From NCBI GenBank assembly GCA_963727445.1, contig CAVSGI010000013.1:273316-337315 (forward strand): a DNA stretch of 64,000 nt, given 5' to 3'. Below the pieces are notes generated by a model. The model did not search any database, was not told the origin of the DNA, and saw only the letters and a list, made by a program, of their open reading frames with translations. How positions within the stretch are numbered: position 1 is the stretch's first letter; every line of letters starts with the position of its first letter. Both the position numbers and the translations under genes were made by a program. Positions 49,689 to 59,768 of this stretch are shown here, in pieces. This DNA comes from an uncultured delta proteobacterium. GTDB lineage: Bacteria; Myxococcota_A; Polyangia; Polyangiales; B10-G4.

Positions 49689-52600
49689 TCAGTCTCCGGC
49701 GTGCTCCGCGATGAGCGCGCGGTGCGCGGGAACGTCTTCGAGGAGAGCTCTTCGGAGCTCGCCGTCGAGCAGACCGTCGGCCTGAGCGAGCAGCCGCCGG
49801 TGGCCCTCGGCGATGACCTCCGCGGCGTCCTCTTTTCGTCCCGCCGCGGACAGCGCGTGCGCGTAGGTGAGGTAGACGTCGGTCTCGTCTTCCTCCACCC
49901 CCCCGAGAGCGACGCAGCTTTCGTAGGCGCGTCTCGCGATCGCCTCCGCTGCTTCGACGCGACCGAGCGCGAGCGCTGCCCGCGCGGCCGAGACCTCGGC
50001 CATCACCGCCACCGTGTCGATCCCCGCCGCGCGCGCTGCCTCGGCGGTGCGCTGCCCGACCTCGAAGGCGTCCTCGTGGCGAGAGGCGAGCGCGAGCGTG
50101 CGTGCGCGGTAGGCATCGCAGAGGAGCGCGAGCCGCACCTCGCCGGTCGCCTGCGCCAGGTGCGCCGCGCCGTCCAGGCTCGCCTGTGACGCTTCGGTCT
50201 CGCCGAGCCCAGCCTGGGAGTAGCCGAGGTTCAGGAGCACGTATCCCTCCATCACCCGATGGCCCACCGCGCGGCACGCCTCGCGCGCCGCCGTGAGCGC
50301 GTTCACCGCGTCCGCGTAAGCGCCGAGGCGATTGTGGATGTCGGCGAGGTTCGCCCGCGCGCCCGCCGCCCGGCGCGCGTCACCGACCAGCTCGTGCAGC
50401 TCCGCCGCCGAAGCGTACGCCCGCATCCGCGTGCCCAGATCGCCAGACGCGCCCGCGACCTGGGCACGCCAATCGAGCACCATGGCCCGGAGCTCGGGGG
50501 CCTGCCCTTCGGAGACCAGGGCGCACTCGGCGAGGAGCTCGCGCGCCCGCTCGGGATCGCCGCTCTGCACCAGCGCCAGCGCGAGACGACCGAGCGCGAT
50601 CGCGATCAGGGCCGGGTCCCCTGCGGCGCGGGCCGCGGCGACGGCTTCCGTGCCGACCTTCTCCGCCTCCTCACCGGCGCCGGACCGTGAGAGCGCGATG
50701 CACCGGTCCGACAGGACGCGCGCCCGTTGCCGATCGTCGCTCACGTATCGAAGCGCGGCGTCGAGCTCCGCCATCTGCGCCTTGCGCGAACGGAAGCGCA
50801 GCGCGTCGACGCGGGCGATGTGCAGGCGATACCGCAGCGCATCCGGTGCGCCCAGGCGTAGCGCGGCGTCGCTCGCTCGGAGCACGCTGTCGGCGTCGCC
50901 GCGTCGCGTCGCGAGCTCCACCGCGCGCGCATAACACTCGGCAGCCCGGGCGCCCTCGCCGGCTTCCTCGTGATGATGCGCGACCTCCTCCGGGTCGACA
51001 TCCTCGCGCGTCTCGAGCCAGCGCGCCGCGTCGCGATGGAGCGCCACGCGCAGGTCGTCGGCGAGCATGCGGTATGCCACGTGGCCAGTGAGGGCGCTCC
51101 GGAAGTCGAAGAGACCGCGCTTGCGCGGCACGACGAGGTCGCGACGGCGCAGGGAGCGGAGGAGGAGCCCCGGCTCCACCGGACCGAGGGCCTGTACGTC
51201 CGGCGCGGAGAAGGGCCTTCGATAGATCGCGGCGCGCTTCACCAGATCTTTCTCCGCGGAGGGCAGGAGATCGAGTCGCGACTGAACCGCGGCCTCGACG
51301 GTGAGGGGGATGGGCAGCTCCTCGGGCGGCTGCTGCAGCTCCCCCCGCTCCGCGAGGGCCGCGACGATCTGCTGCACGAAGAAGGGATTGCCGGCGGTTC
51401 GCTCGTGGATCCGCGCGGTGAGCGCGTCGGGGAGGCGCCGCTTCGCCGCGTAGGTGGCGAGGCGGCCAACGTCGGCGCGGCTCAGACCACGGAGCTGGAT
51501 CGCATGGACCTCGGCAGCGCTGAAGAGATCGGGGTGGGATTCGATGAAGGTCCGGACGTGCACACGCGATGATCGCGAGGGGCGCATCCCAGCAGCGCTC
51601 CACGAGGCGATCGAGCACCTCCAGAGACTCGGCGTCGGCGAAGGAGAGATCTTCGAGGACCAGCACCGTGGGTCCCTGGCGGCACGCGGCTTCGAGCCAC
51701 TCGAGCAGAGACGACCGCAGCCGATCGTCGATCCGCCGCAGATCGGTCGCGGCGACGGAGTAGCCGGCTCGGTCTGCGGCCGAGTCGCGCACCAGGAGGG
51801 AGAGATCCGAGACGATGCGATCGGCGGTATTCGGGGTCGCGATGAAGCGCCGGACGAGGACGTCGAGGGTGTCGGCGCCGCCCGAGTCGGTCATCGCTTC
51901 GCGGATCAGCGACTGGAAGAGCGAGAGCGCCCGTCGCGATCGCTGCGCGGTGCCGCGCGCGCGGAGCACCCGAAGCGGGCGTGCATCGTCGGCGAGCCGC
52001 GCCATCACGGCCTCGCGCAGGCGCGACTTGCCGATGCCCTGCGGCCCGCTGATCAGCGCCACCGTCACGCGCTCGTCGGTGATCGTGTCGTCGACCGCAC
52101 GAAGGGCCATGGCGAGCTCGAGCTCGCGGCCGAAGAGGGGACCTTCGTCCCGAAACGCATCGAGCAGAGAGAGCACCTGGGTGTCGGGGGCGAGTTGGAA
52201 GAGCGAGCCCTCGAGCGCCTGCAAGGGAACCGACTCGGGGAGCCCGCGCGCCGCTTCGGCCGACACCCCCACACCTTCGAGAACGACCGAGCAGGCGCTC
52301 TCCGCCTCGTCGAGGGCCGAACCGCTGATGCCGGTCTTGCCCCCCGACGCACGCCCCGACCCGATCGCGATGCGCTCGGCATGCCCGCGACAGCGGAGCG
52401 CGACCGAGGCCGCCCGGAGCAGCTCGTCGCCCGCGGTGGTCTCGGCACCGAAGAGGCCGACCAGGCGATCGCCGATCAGCCGGAGCACCCGGCCCCCTTC
52501 GTCCCGGATCGCAGCGGACAGACGCGACTCCTCGCGGACGCCGCGAGCCAGGAGCACCGCGACCACGCGCTGTTCTCCCGCGGGGATGGTCGGAGGGCGC

Positions 52601-53436
52601 TTGGTGAGCGCGGCGTCCCCGCGCGCGGCGGCGAGCGCGTCGGCGAATTCGAGCGCATCGGCGAAGCGATCGCGCGGGCTCTTGGCCAGCGCGCGGAGGA
52701 TCGCCGTCTCGAGTCCGGCGGGCGTCTCCACCCGTTCGTGATGCGGCGGGATCGGGTCCGAGAGTAGGGTGGCGACGAGGGTGCTGAGGGGAGTGTCGTG
52801 ATGGAAGGGCGGCCGGCCGACCAGCGCTTCGTAGAGCACGGCGCCGAGGGAGAAGAGATCGGTCGACGCCTCGATGTCGGTGCGCCCTTCGGCCTGCTCT
52901 GGCGACAAATACGACAGGGTTCCGACGACCTGGCCGGCCTCCGTGAGGCGCGTCTCGTGCGTGGAGAGCCGGGCCACCCCGAAGTCGAGGAGCTTCACGC
53001 CGCCGTCGGTGGTCAAGAAGACGTTCGACGGCTTGAGATCGCGGTGCACGATCTTCTCCCGGTGCGCGGCGGCGAGCCCGCTGCAGATCGCGATGCCGAG
53101 GTCGATGATCCCGTCGAACTCCATCACGCCGCGCGCGAGGCGCTGGTCGAGAGTCTCGCCCTCGAGAAGCTCGAAGGCGATGAAGGGCATGCCCTCGGAG
53201 TCGGTCCCCGACTCGAGCACGCGCACGATGTTGTCGTGCTCGATCCGCACGGACGCTTCTCGCTCGAAGCGGCGGAGCGCCTGGGCGCTGGTGAAGGACG
53301 CGCGGACGACCTTGATGGCAGCGGCGCGGCCCGCGCTGTCGACGCCACGGTAGACGACGCCCATGCCACCGCCGCCGAGGACACCCTCGATCTGGTACGA
53401 GCCGATGACCTCGGGATACGCGCCTTCCGCCGTCAC
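49689..53436 (-). CDS. Large Ser/Thr protein kinase - (cyclase-homology-like) - AAA/NB-ARC ATPase - TPR regulator, ~1250 aa. Apparent single frameshift near 51545-51560.
   Basis: Kinase subdomains 'GGGGMGVVY', 'AIKVV', 'HRDLKPSN', 'DFG', 'SPEQ'. P-loop 'GPQGIGKSRL'. The C-terminal half continues in ORF 49689..51587 (TPR-like ALxxLG repeats). Confidence 0.7.
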
Positions 53437-53496
53437 GGGAGCGCTGAGTCTCGCACGGCGCTCATCGGCCGTCGAATCCGGGCGCCGCGCGCCGCA

Positions 53497-54381
53497 TCAC
53501 TCGACGGGCGGCAGGCCCCATTCGTCGGCGAGCGCCTGGTAAACGGTCGCCGGAAGCTGCACCAGCATGTTCTGTTCGGGGGCGAGGCGCTGGATGACGT
53601 CCTCGAGGGCTTCGCGGCGCATGGAGGTGCAGCCGGCGGTGGGCGTGTCGGGCGACGTCCAGACGTGGAAGAGGATGCAGCTGCCGCGTCCGGGGACCGG
53701 GGCGGGCTCGGTGTTCTGCGCGACGAAGACGAGGAACTCGTAGAGGCCGTCGTCGCGACGGAGGCGATCGGTGCTGTCCCAGTCGGGGGTGATGAGCGCG
53801 CGATCGACGATGCGGTTGTAGTACGCGGAGCTCTCGTCCTCGATGCATTGGAGCGTTGGCGTCATCGCCTGGTAGGCGATGCGCGTGCCGGCGGGAGCGG
53901 TGGATGCGTATCCGAGCGCGTGGTCTAGCCAGAAGGCGCCCGCGGGGGAGCGTCCGTCGCCCTCGTGCTTGACCGGTCCGTCGTAGCCGGCGGGGGCGGC
54001 CTCGCCGTGCAGACCCCGTCCCCAGCCGACACCGCTCCGGCCGAGGATGATCGGGATGTCGTCCGCGTCGCGTGTCCAGGCGCCGGCGGCGTCGCGGCGA
54101 TACCGTGCGAGGGTGCCGGCGGAGGTGTCCCAGTCCGGCGTGCGCACGGTGACGAGATAGCTGGCGGCGTCGGTGAGGCGCGGGGCGGGTGCGGCGGTGT
54201 CGGGATCGCTCGCGGCGTCGGTGGGGGCGTCCGCGTCGGGCGTGGTGGCAGCGTCGACCGCCGTGGAGGCGTCTTCTTCGGGGGCCGGCGGCGCGCCGCG
54301 GCTCGACATGCGATCGCCGCCGCAAGCTGCTGCTCCGACGAGCAGGGCCGTGATCAGAAGAGAGCGAGGACGGGGCGTCAC
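53497..54381 (-). CDS. L,D-transpeptidase (YkuD/ErfK)-like lipoprotein.
   Basis: GTG at 54381, VTPRPRSLLITALLVGAAAC|GG. Catalytic-like 'ILFHVW...PTAGCTSM'. Confidence 0.5.
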   Translation of the reverse strand: MTPRPRSLLITALLVGAAACGGDRMSSRGAPPAPEEDASTAVDAATTPDADAPTDAASDPDTAAPAPRLTDAASYLVTVRTPDWDTSAGTLARYRRDAAGAWTRDADDIPIILGRSGVGWGRGLHGEAAPAGYDGPVKHEGDGRSPAGAFWLDHALGYASTAPAGTRIAYQAMTPTLQCIEDESSAYYNRIVDRALITPDWDSTDRLRRDDGLYEFLVFVAQNTEPAPVPGRGSCILFHVWTSPDTPTAGCTSMRREALEDVIQRLAPEQNMLVQLPATVYQALADEWGLPPVE

Positions 54382-54446
54382 CGGCAGACTGTACGGGCTG
54401 CGGCGAGGGTTGTCGCGCGCGTGTAGCCAGGACTGTGGCGCCGCCC

Positions 54447-55124
54447 TCAGTCGCTGGTCAGCGGCTCGAAGAGCGTGATGGAGCCGGCGACGAAGACGAG
54501 GTCGAAAGCGCCGAGGATGCGGAGCCAGGCGAGGGTGTCGCCGAGGGGGGCGTCGGCGAGCAGATCGCGGGTCGCGACGACACCGGCGAGCAGCGCGGGG
54601 CTGACCAACGGGAAGAGGATGATGGAGAGCATGAGGTCGCGGGCGCTGGTGCGGACGCTCATGGCGGAGAAGAGCGTGCCGGCCGCGACGAAGCCGAGGG
54701 TGCCGAGGAAGAGGACCATGGTGAGGCGGCCGAGGATCGGGAGGAGATCGAGCTGGAAGAAGAAGGTGACGAGGGGCAGGAGCATGAGCTCGACGGCCGT
54801 CAGGAAGAGGAGCGCGCCGAGGGCCTTGCCGATGTAGATGGAGGCGCGGGGGATCGGGGTCAGGAGCAGGCCGCGCATGGCGTCGTGGTCGCGCTCGCGC
54901 ATCCAGCTGCGGCCCATGGCCAGGACGCCGGAGAAGGTGATGGTGATCCACAGGACGCCCGGGGCGATCTGCTTGGAGGCGTTTTGATCGATGTAGAAGG
55001 AGAGCGACGCCAGGACGGTGAGGAGGAACGCGAAGAGGCCGACCGTGACGAGGATCTCGCCGGTGCGGAGCTCGATGCGCAGGTCCTTACCGAGGACGAG
55101 GAGGGCGGCGCGGAGGGTGGTCAC
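54447..55124 (-). CDS. ccmB: Heme exporter permease CcmB.
   Basis: 225 aa, 6 TM helices, N-terminus MTTLRAALLVLGKDLRIELRTGE. 4-nt overlap with ccmA. Confidence 0.7.
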   Translation of the reverse strand: MTTLRAALLVLGKDLRIELRTGEILVTVGLFAFLLTVLASLSFYIDQNASKQIAPGVLWITITFSGVLAMGRSWMRERDHDAMRGLLLTPIPRASIYIGKALGALLFLTAVELMLLPLVTFFFQLDLLPILGRLTMVLFLGTLGFVAAGTLFSAMSVRTSARDLMLSIILFPLVSPALLAGVVATRDLLADAPLGDTLAWLRILGAFDLVFVAGSITLFEPLTSD

Positions 55125-55774
55125 CGGTCGTCCCCGCTGACGACGCGGCCGCGGTCGAGGCGAACGCGGACGTCGCCGACGCGATCGGCGAGGGCGGGGT
55201 CATGGGTGATGAGGACGCAGATCGCGCCGCGCTCGCGCTCGGCTTCGACGACGTCGACGAGCCTCCGGACGGCGCTCTCGTCGAGGCCGGTGGAGGGCTC
55301 GTCGAGGAGGAGGAGGCGCGGCGCGTGGAGGACCGCGCGGGCGAGGGCGACGCGCTGGAGCTGTCCGCGCGAGTAGGTGCGGGTCGGGCGGTCGAAGAAG
55401 CGGCCCAGCTCGAAGCGTTCTTCGAGGGCGGGGATGCGCTCTTCGGGATCGAGGGCGTAGAGGCGAGCGTAGAGGGCGAGGTTCTCGCGGCCGGAGAGGT
55501 CGGGGTAGAGCATGGAAGCGTGGCCGAGCACGCCGAGGTGGCGGCGGATCCCCTTTCGCGCCGCGCGCTCGGACAGCTCGCCGTAGCGGACCTTCCCGCG
55601 CGTGGGCCGCGCCAGCTGCGCCAGGATAGACAGGAGCGTGCTCTTCCCCGACCCGTTCGGCCCCTCGACCACCGTCACCTTCCCGGCGACCAGCTCGAGA
55701 TCCACCCCCGCGAGCGCGCGAGTCAACCCGAACATCTTCGTCAGCCCCTCAGTCCGAACCCGCTCGAAGTCCAC
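55121..55774 (-). CDS. ccmA: Heme exporter ATP-binding protein CcmA (ABC ATPase).
   Basis: Walker A 'GPNGSGKSTLL', signature 'YSRGQLQRVALA', Walker B 'LLLDEP'. Confidence 0.75.
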   Translation of the reverse strand: MDFERVRTEGLTKMFGLTRALAGVDLELVAGKVTVVEGPNGSGKSTLLSILAQLARPTRGKVRYGELSERAARKGIRRHLGVLGHASMLYPDLSGRENLALYARLYALDPEERIPALEERFELGRFFDRPTRTYSRGQLQRVALARAVLHAPRLLLLDEPSTGLDESAVRRLVDVVEAERERGAICVLITHDPALADRVGDVRVRLDRGRVVSGDDR

Positions 55775-55786
55775 CCCCGAATGCTA

Positions 55787-55975
55787 ACGGGGACGGTCTA
55801 CACTTTTGAACTTTCGCGCCGCCCAGCCAACGGGGACGGTCTACACTCTTGCACTTTCGGGCCGCCCGGCTTCGGAAAGTGCAAAAGTGTAGACCGTCCC
55901 CATCAGAGGCGGTCCCCATCAGAGGCGTCCCCGTCAGAGGCGGGGGACGGAAAGTGCAAAAGTGTAGACCGTCCC
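55787..55975. repeat. REP-like element locus C. Two forward copies (55787-55816, 55830-55860) and two reverse copies (55873-55901, ~55948-55975), plus three tandem 15-mers CCCC(A/G)TCAGAGGCG(G/T) at 55898-55943.
   Basis: Variants GGGGACGGTCTACAC-TTTTGAACTTTCG and -TCTTGCACTTTCG and their reverse complements. The inner pair forms a ~28-bp hairpin. Confidence 0.85.
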
Positions 55976-55977
55976 CG

Positions 55978-57135
55978 TTAGAAGAGGCGGGTGACGATGG
56001 TGTCTAGGTGGAGCCAGCGGTCTGGGGGGACACAGAGGTGGGTGGCGTCGCGCCGGAGGTCGCCGGATTCGAGGGCGCGGGCGATGGGGCGGGCGCGAAC
56101 GGTGCGGGGATCGAGGCCGGTTCGGCGCGTGACGTCTTCGAGATCGACGCCTTCGCGGGTCCTCAAGCCGAGCATCAGCGCCTCGTTGAGCAGCGTCTCC
56201 GCATCGAGATCCTCGCTCTCCATCTCGAAGCGCCCCTCGCCCACCGCGGCCACATAGTCCTCGCCCACCGCCACGTTCCGCCACCGCCGCGCCCGACCCG
56301 CACCCTCTTCCAAACACCCGACCGCCGCCGCCCCCAACCCCAGATAGGCGCCCCCCCGCCAGTAGTGCTGGTTGTGCAGCGACTCCTCACCGGGCGCCGC
56401 GTAATTGCTCACCTCGTAATGCGCGAGCCCATACGCCGCGAAACGCGCCTCCGCCGCAACGAACATCGCGGCGTAGTCGTCTTCCTTCGCCACCTCGAGC
56501 CGCCCCTTGCGATACAGCTCCCCGAACTGCGTCCCCGGCTCGATCGTCAACGCATACGCGGACACGTGCCTGAGCCCCATGTCCAATAGACGCGTCAGGT
56601 CGTCGTCCACCGACGCCTGCTCCGGCATGCCGAACATCACGTCCGCGCTCACCCGGGGCACTTCGGCCATCGCCGCCTCGAGCGCCGCCCTCCCCTGCGC
56701 CGCATCGTGAAAGCGCCCGAGATATCTCAGCCGCGCGTCGTCGAGGCTCTGCACCCCCACGGAGAGCCTCCCCACCCCGGCCGCGACCAGCGCCGCCGCG
56801 TGCCCGCGATCCAGCGACGAGGGGTTGCACTCCACCGTCACCTCGACGTCCTCCGCATGTACGTCGAACGCAGCGCGCACACCGGCGAGCACACGCCCCA
56901 GCGCCTCCGCCTTCCACAGCGAAGGCGTGCCGCCACCGAAGAAGACGCTGATCAACCGCCGGCCCGCGAGCGACGTGCGCCGCGCCTCGAGCTCCGCGAG
57001 AACCGCGTCCGCATACGCGTCGTGCGGCACGTCCCCGCGATCGATCTTACGCGTCGCGAAGTCGCAGTACGGGCACTTCTTCAGACACCAGGGGAAGTGG
57101 ACGTAGACGGATGTGTCAGTCGCTCGAGGCGCCAT
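55978..57135 (-). CDS. hemW: Radical SAM heme chaperone HemW (HemN-like, oxygen-independent coproporphyrinogen oxidase family).
   Basis: 'VYVHFPWCLKKCPYCDF' CxxxCxxC radical-SAM motif. HemN C-terminal domain. Confidence 0.8.
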   Translation of the reverse strand: MAPRATDTSVYVHFPWCLKKCPYCDFATRKIDRGDVPHDAYADAVLAELEARRTSLAGRRLISVFFGGGTPSLWKAEALGRVLAGVRAAFDVHAEDVEVTVECNPSSLDRGHAAALVAAGVGRLSVGVQSLDDARLRYLGRFHDAAQGRAALEAAMAEVPRVSADVMFGMPEQASVDDDLTRLLDMGLRHVSAYALTIEPGTQFGELYRKGRLEVAKEDDYAAMFVAAEARFAAYGLAHYEVSNYAAPGEESLHNQHYWRGGAYLGLGAAAVGCLEEGAGRARRWRNVAVGEDYVAAVGEGRFEMESEDLDAETLLNEALMLGLRTREGVDLEDVTRRTGLDPRTVRARPIARALESGDLRRDATHLCVPPDRWLHLDTIVTRLF

Positions 57136-57673
57136 GGAAGATCGTCGTCCGGTAATACGCGAGCTCTTGCAGGCTCTCCCGGATGTCGTCCATCGCGCGA
57201 TGGGTCTCCTGCTTCTTCGGCGCGTTCGCGAAGGCCTCGGGATACCACCTTCGCGCCAGCTCCTTCACCGAGCTCACGTCGACCTGCCGGTAGTGAAGGA
57301 ACGCGTCCAACTTCGGCATGTAGCGCCGGATGAACCGCCGATCCTGATGGATCGAGTTGCCGGCGAGAACCGCACGCTTCGGCACGCAGTGCTGCGAGAG
57401 GAACTCGATCACCGCCGTTTCCGCAGACGCCTCGTCGACGTCGCTCTTCCGCACCCGCTCCGTCAGGCCCGAATCGCCATGGTGCTGGGTGTTCCACTCG
57501 TCCATCGCTTCGAGGATCTCGTCGGGCTGATGGATCACCAGGTCGGGCCCCTCCGCCACCAGCGTCAGGTCCCCCTCGGTCACGAGGACGGCGATCTCGA
57601 TCAGCCGTTCCTTCTCCGGATCGAGACCCGTCATCTCCATGTCGATCCAGACCAGTCGCTCGTCCTTCCCCAT
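57116..57673 (-). CDS. orn: Oligoribonuclease.
   Basis: 'LVWIDMEMTGLDPEKERLIEIAV' DEDDh exonuclease I motif, '...HYRQVDVSSVKELARRW'. Confidence 0.85.
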   Translation of the reverse strand: MGKDERLVWIDMEMTGLDPEKERLIEIAVLVTEGDLTLVAEGPDLVIHQPDEILEAMDEWNTQHHGDSGLTERVRKSDVDEASAETAVIEFLSQHCVPKRAVLAGNSIHQDRRFIRRYMPKLDAFLHYRQVDVSSVKELARRWYPEAFANAPKKQETHRAMDDIRESLQELAYYRTTIFHGASSD

Positions 57674-57786
57674 TGGCCGGCTTTTTTAGCCTGAATCGGC
57701 CGCCGGGGCCACGCCGAGATTGGACCCGGGCAGCCTCGCCCCCGACCTGCTAGGGTTCGGCCCCCGCTCGGCGGGAGCTTTCTGAC

Positions 57787-58575
57787 ATGCAGCGCATCGT
57801 CTTCGCCACCGGACCCATCGCCCGCGCGCCCATGCGACGCCAGCCGCGGCGGCTATTCGCCCAGATGCTCTCGCGCTCACTCGACGTCGAAGTGGTGGTG
57901 GTGGTGGCGAGCACCTACAACGAGCTCGCCGGTCTCATGCACCGCGGAGACGCCCAGGTCGCGTGGCTCCCCCCGGCGGTCTACGTCCGCAGTGCCGAAC
58001 GCGACGGCGTCGAGCTCCTCCTCGAGACCATTCGCCGCGGAGGCTCGCGATTTCGCAGCGTGCTCTTCGTGCGCGCGGATTCCGCCTACACCTGCCTCGA
58101 GGACCTCCAAGGCCACGCGGTCGCCTGGGTCGATCAGAATTCCTGCTCGGGCTACCTCTTCCCCCGCATCTCGCTCCTCGATCAAGGCATCGACCCCCGC
58201 ACCTACTTCAAGCGCGAGCTCGTGCTCGGCAGCCACGAGGCCGTGATCCGTGCGGTCGAGGTGGGCACCGCGGCGGTGGGCGCGACCTTCATGGACCAGA
58301 ACGGAAAGGGCTCGATCCCCGGCTGGACCATCGAGGTCGAGGCCGACGACATGCGGCCTTTGCTGCTGAGCGAGCCCATTCCCGCCGACACCATCAGCGT
58401 CCGTGGCGACCTGGACCAAACGCTCCGCGACGATCTTCGCGAGGCTCTCCTCAGCCTACACGGCGTCGACGGGGGCGCCGACTGCATCTACGGGCTCTTC
58501 GGCGCCGAGCGCTTCGAGCCCGGGACCACCGACGATTACGAGTCGATCCGCCGCGCCATCGCCGCCTCCTGCTGA
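57787..58575 (+). CDS. PhnD/SsuA-type periplasmic substrate-binding protein (phosphonate/phosphite ABC transporter binding-protein fold).
   Basis: 262 aa. 'GDAQVAWLPPAVYVRSAE...GSRFRSVLFVRADS...GHAVAWVDQNSCSGYLFP'. Confidence 0.55.
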   Translation: MQRIVFATGPIARAPMRRQPRRLFAQMLSRSLDVEVVVVVASTYNELAGLMHRGDAQVAWLPPAVYVRSAERDGVELLLETIRRGGSRFRSVLFVRADSAYTCLEDLQGHAVAWVDQNSCSGYLFPRISLLDQGIDPRTYFKRELVLGSHEAVIRAVEVGTAAVGATFMDQNGKGSIPGWTIEVEADDMRPLLLSEPIPADTISVRGDLDQTLRDDLREALLSLHGVDGGADCIYGLFGAERFEPGTTDDYESIRRAIAASC

Positions 58576-58648
58576 GCCCAGACGCCCGAAGTGCGCCAAG
58601 CGCAACCCAAGCGCACGAGATTGCACGGATCTTCAGTTGTCACCGGGC

Positions 58649-58676
58649 TTGACCCAACCTGCGAACGTCTTATCTT
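58649..58676 (+). promoter_or_regulatory. Sigma-70-like promoter candidate upstream of dnaJ: TTGACC (58649-58654), 16-nt spacer, TATCTT (58671-58676).
   Basis: Hexamers read directly. The -10 ends ~15 nt before the dnaJ ATG, giving a very short leader. Confidence 0.3.
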
Positions 58677-58691
58677 GCGGCGGTTCGCGAT

Positions 58692-59759
58692 ATGGTCAAA
58701 CGCGACTACTACGAAGTTCTGGGCGTCGAGCGGAGCGCGAGCACCGTCGAGATCAAGAAAGCCTATCGAAGGCTCGCGCTCGACCTGCACCCGGACCGCA
58801 ACCCCGACAACCCCGAGGCTGAGGAGAGCTTCAAGGAAGCCTCCGAGGCGTACTCGGTCCTGAGCGACGGAGACAAGCGGGCCACCTACGACCGCTACGG
58901 TCACGAGGGACTGTCCGGGCGAGGCTTCGAAGGCTTCGGGGACGTGCAGGACATCTTCAGCCACTTCCAGGACATCTTCGATGGTGTCTTCGGTGGTGGC
59001 TTCGGCGGCCGGAGCGTTCGTCGCCGCCGCAACGCCCCCTCCCGCGGCGCCGACGTGCGCGCCGCCGTGCTCCTGTCTTTGCGCGAGGCCGCCTTCGGCG
59101 CGAAGAAAGAGCTCGAAGTGACCCACCCGATGCCCTGCGAGTCGTGCAGCGGCACCGGCGCGAAGGAAGCGAAGCTCTCCACGTGTACGGCCTGCGGAGG
59201 AAGTGGCCAAGTCGCCCACGCCCGCGGGCCGTTCGTGCTTTCGACGACCTGTGGGCAATGCGGCGGCGAGGGCGCGGTCGCCGAGACGCCGTGTGAAGAC
59301 TGCAGCGGTCGCGGCGAGGTCGAGTCGACGCGCACCGTCAAGCTGACCGTTCCCGCCGGCGTCGACACCGGACAGACGCTGCGCCTCTCCGGTCAGGGTC
59401 AGGCGGGGCGCCTCGGCGGTCCCCCGGGTCACCTCTACGTGACCGTCGAGGTCGCCAGCGACGACGACTTCCAGCGCGATGGATACGATCTCATCCACGA
59501 GCTCCATTTGAGCTACCCACAGGCCGCCCTCGGGGCGGCCGTCGAAATTCCGACCCTCGAAGAGACGCACTCGCTGAAGATCCCTGCCGGCATCCAGCCC
59601 GGAGAGACGGTCGTGGTGAACGGCGCCGGCGTTCCGCGCCTCGACGGCAGAGGCCGCGGCGACCTCATCGCCGTCGTGCAGGTCGACGTCCCGAAGGAGC
59701 TCAGCCCGCGCGCCCGCGAGCTCCTCGAAGAGCTCGCCACCACCTTCGACGAAGGTTGA
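58692..59759 (+). CDS. dnaJ: Molecular chaperone DnaJ (J domain, G/F region, CxxCxGxG zinc-finger repeats, C-terminal domain).
   Basis: 'DYYEVLGV...[11 protein letters not shown]' HPD motif. Four CxxCxG repeats. Confidence 0.85.
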   Translation: MVKRDYYEVLGVERSASTVEIKKAYRRLALDLHPDRNPDNPEAEESFKEASEAYSVLSDGDKRATYDRYGHEGLSGRGFEGFGDVQDIFSHFQDIFDGVFGGGFGGRSVRRRRNAPSRGADVRAAVLLSLREAAFGAKKELEVTHPMPCESCSGTGAKEAKLSTCTACGGSGQVAHARGPFVLSTTCGQCGGEGAVAETPCEDCSGRGEVESTRTVKLTVPAGVDTGQTLRLSGQGQAGRLGGPPGHLYVTVEVASDDDFQRDGYDLIHELHLSYPQAALGAAVEIPTLEETHSLKIPAGIQPGETVVVNGAGVPRLDGRGRGDLIAVVQVDVPKELSPRARELLEELATTFDEG

Positions 59760-59768
59760 GGCTCCGCC

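Noticed and set aside
8274-55975. Whether the GGGGACGGTCTACAC... repeats form a CRISPR array.
   Set aside because: There are only 2-4 copies per locus. The copies are in mixed orientation (forward and reverse complement). Spacers are irregular (7-39 nt) and partly duplicates of each other. No cas genes are nearby. This is the REP/BIME pattern, not CRISPR.
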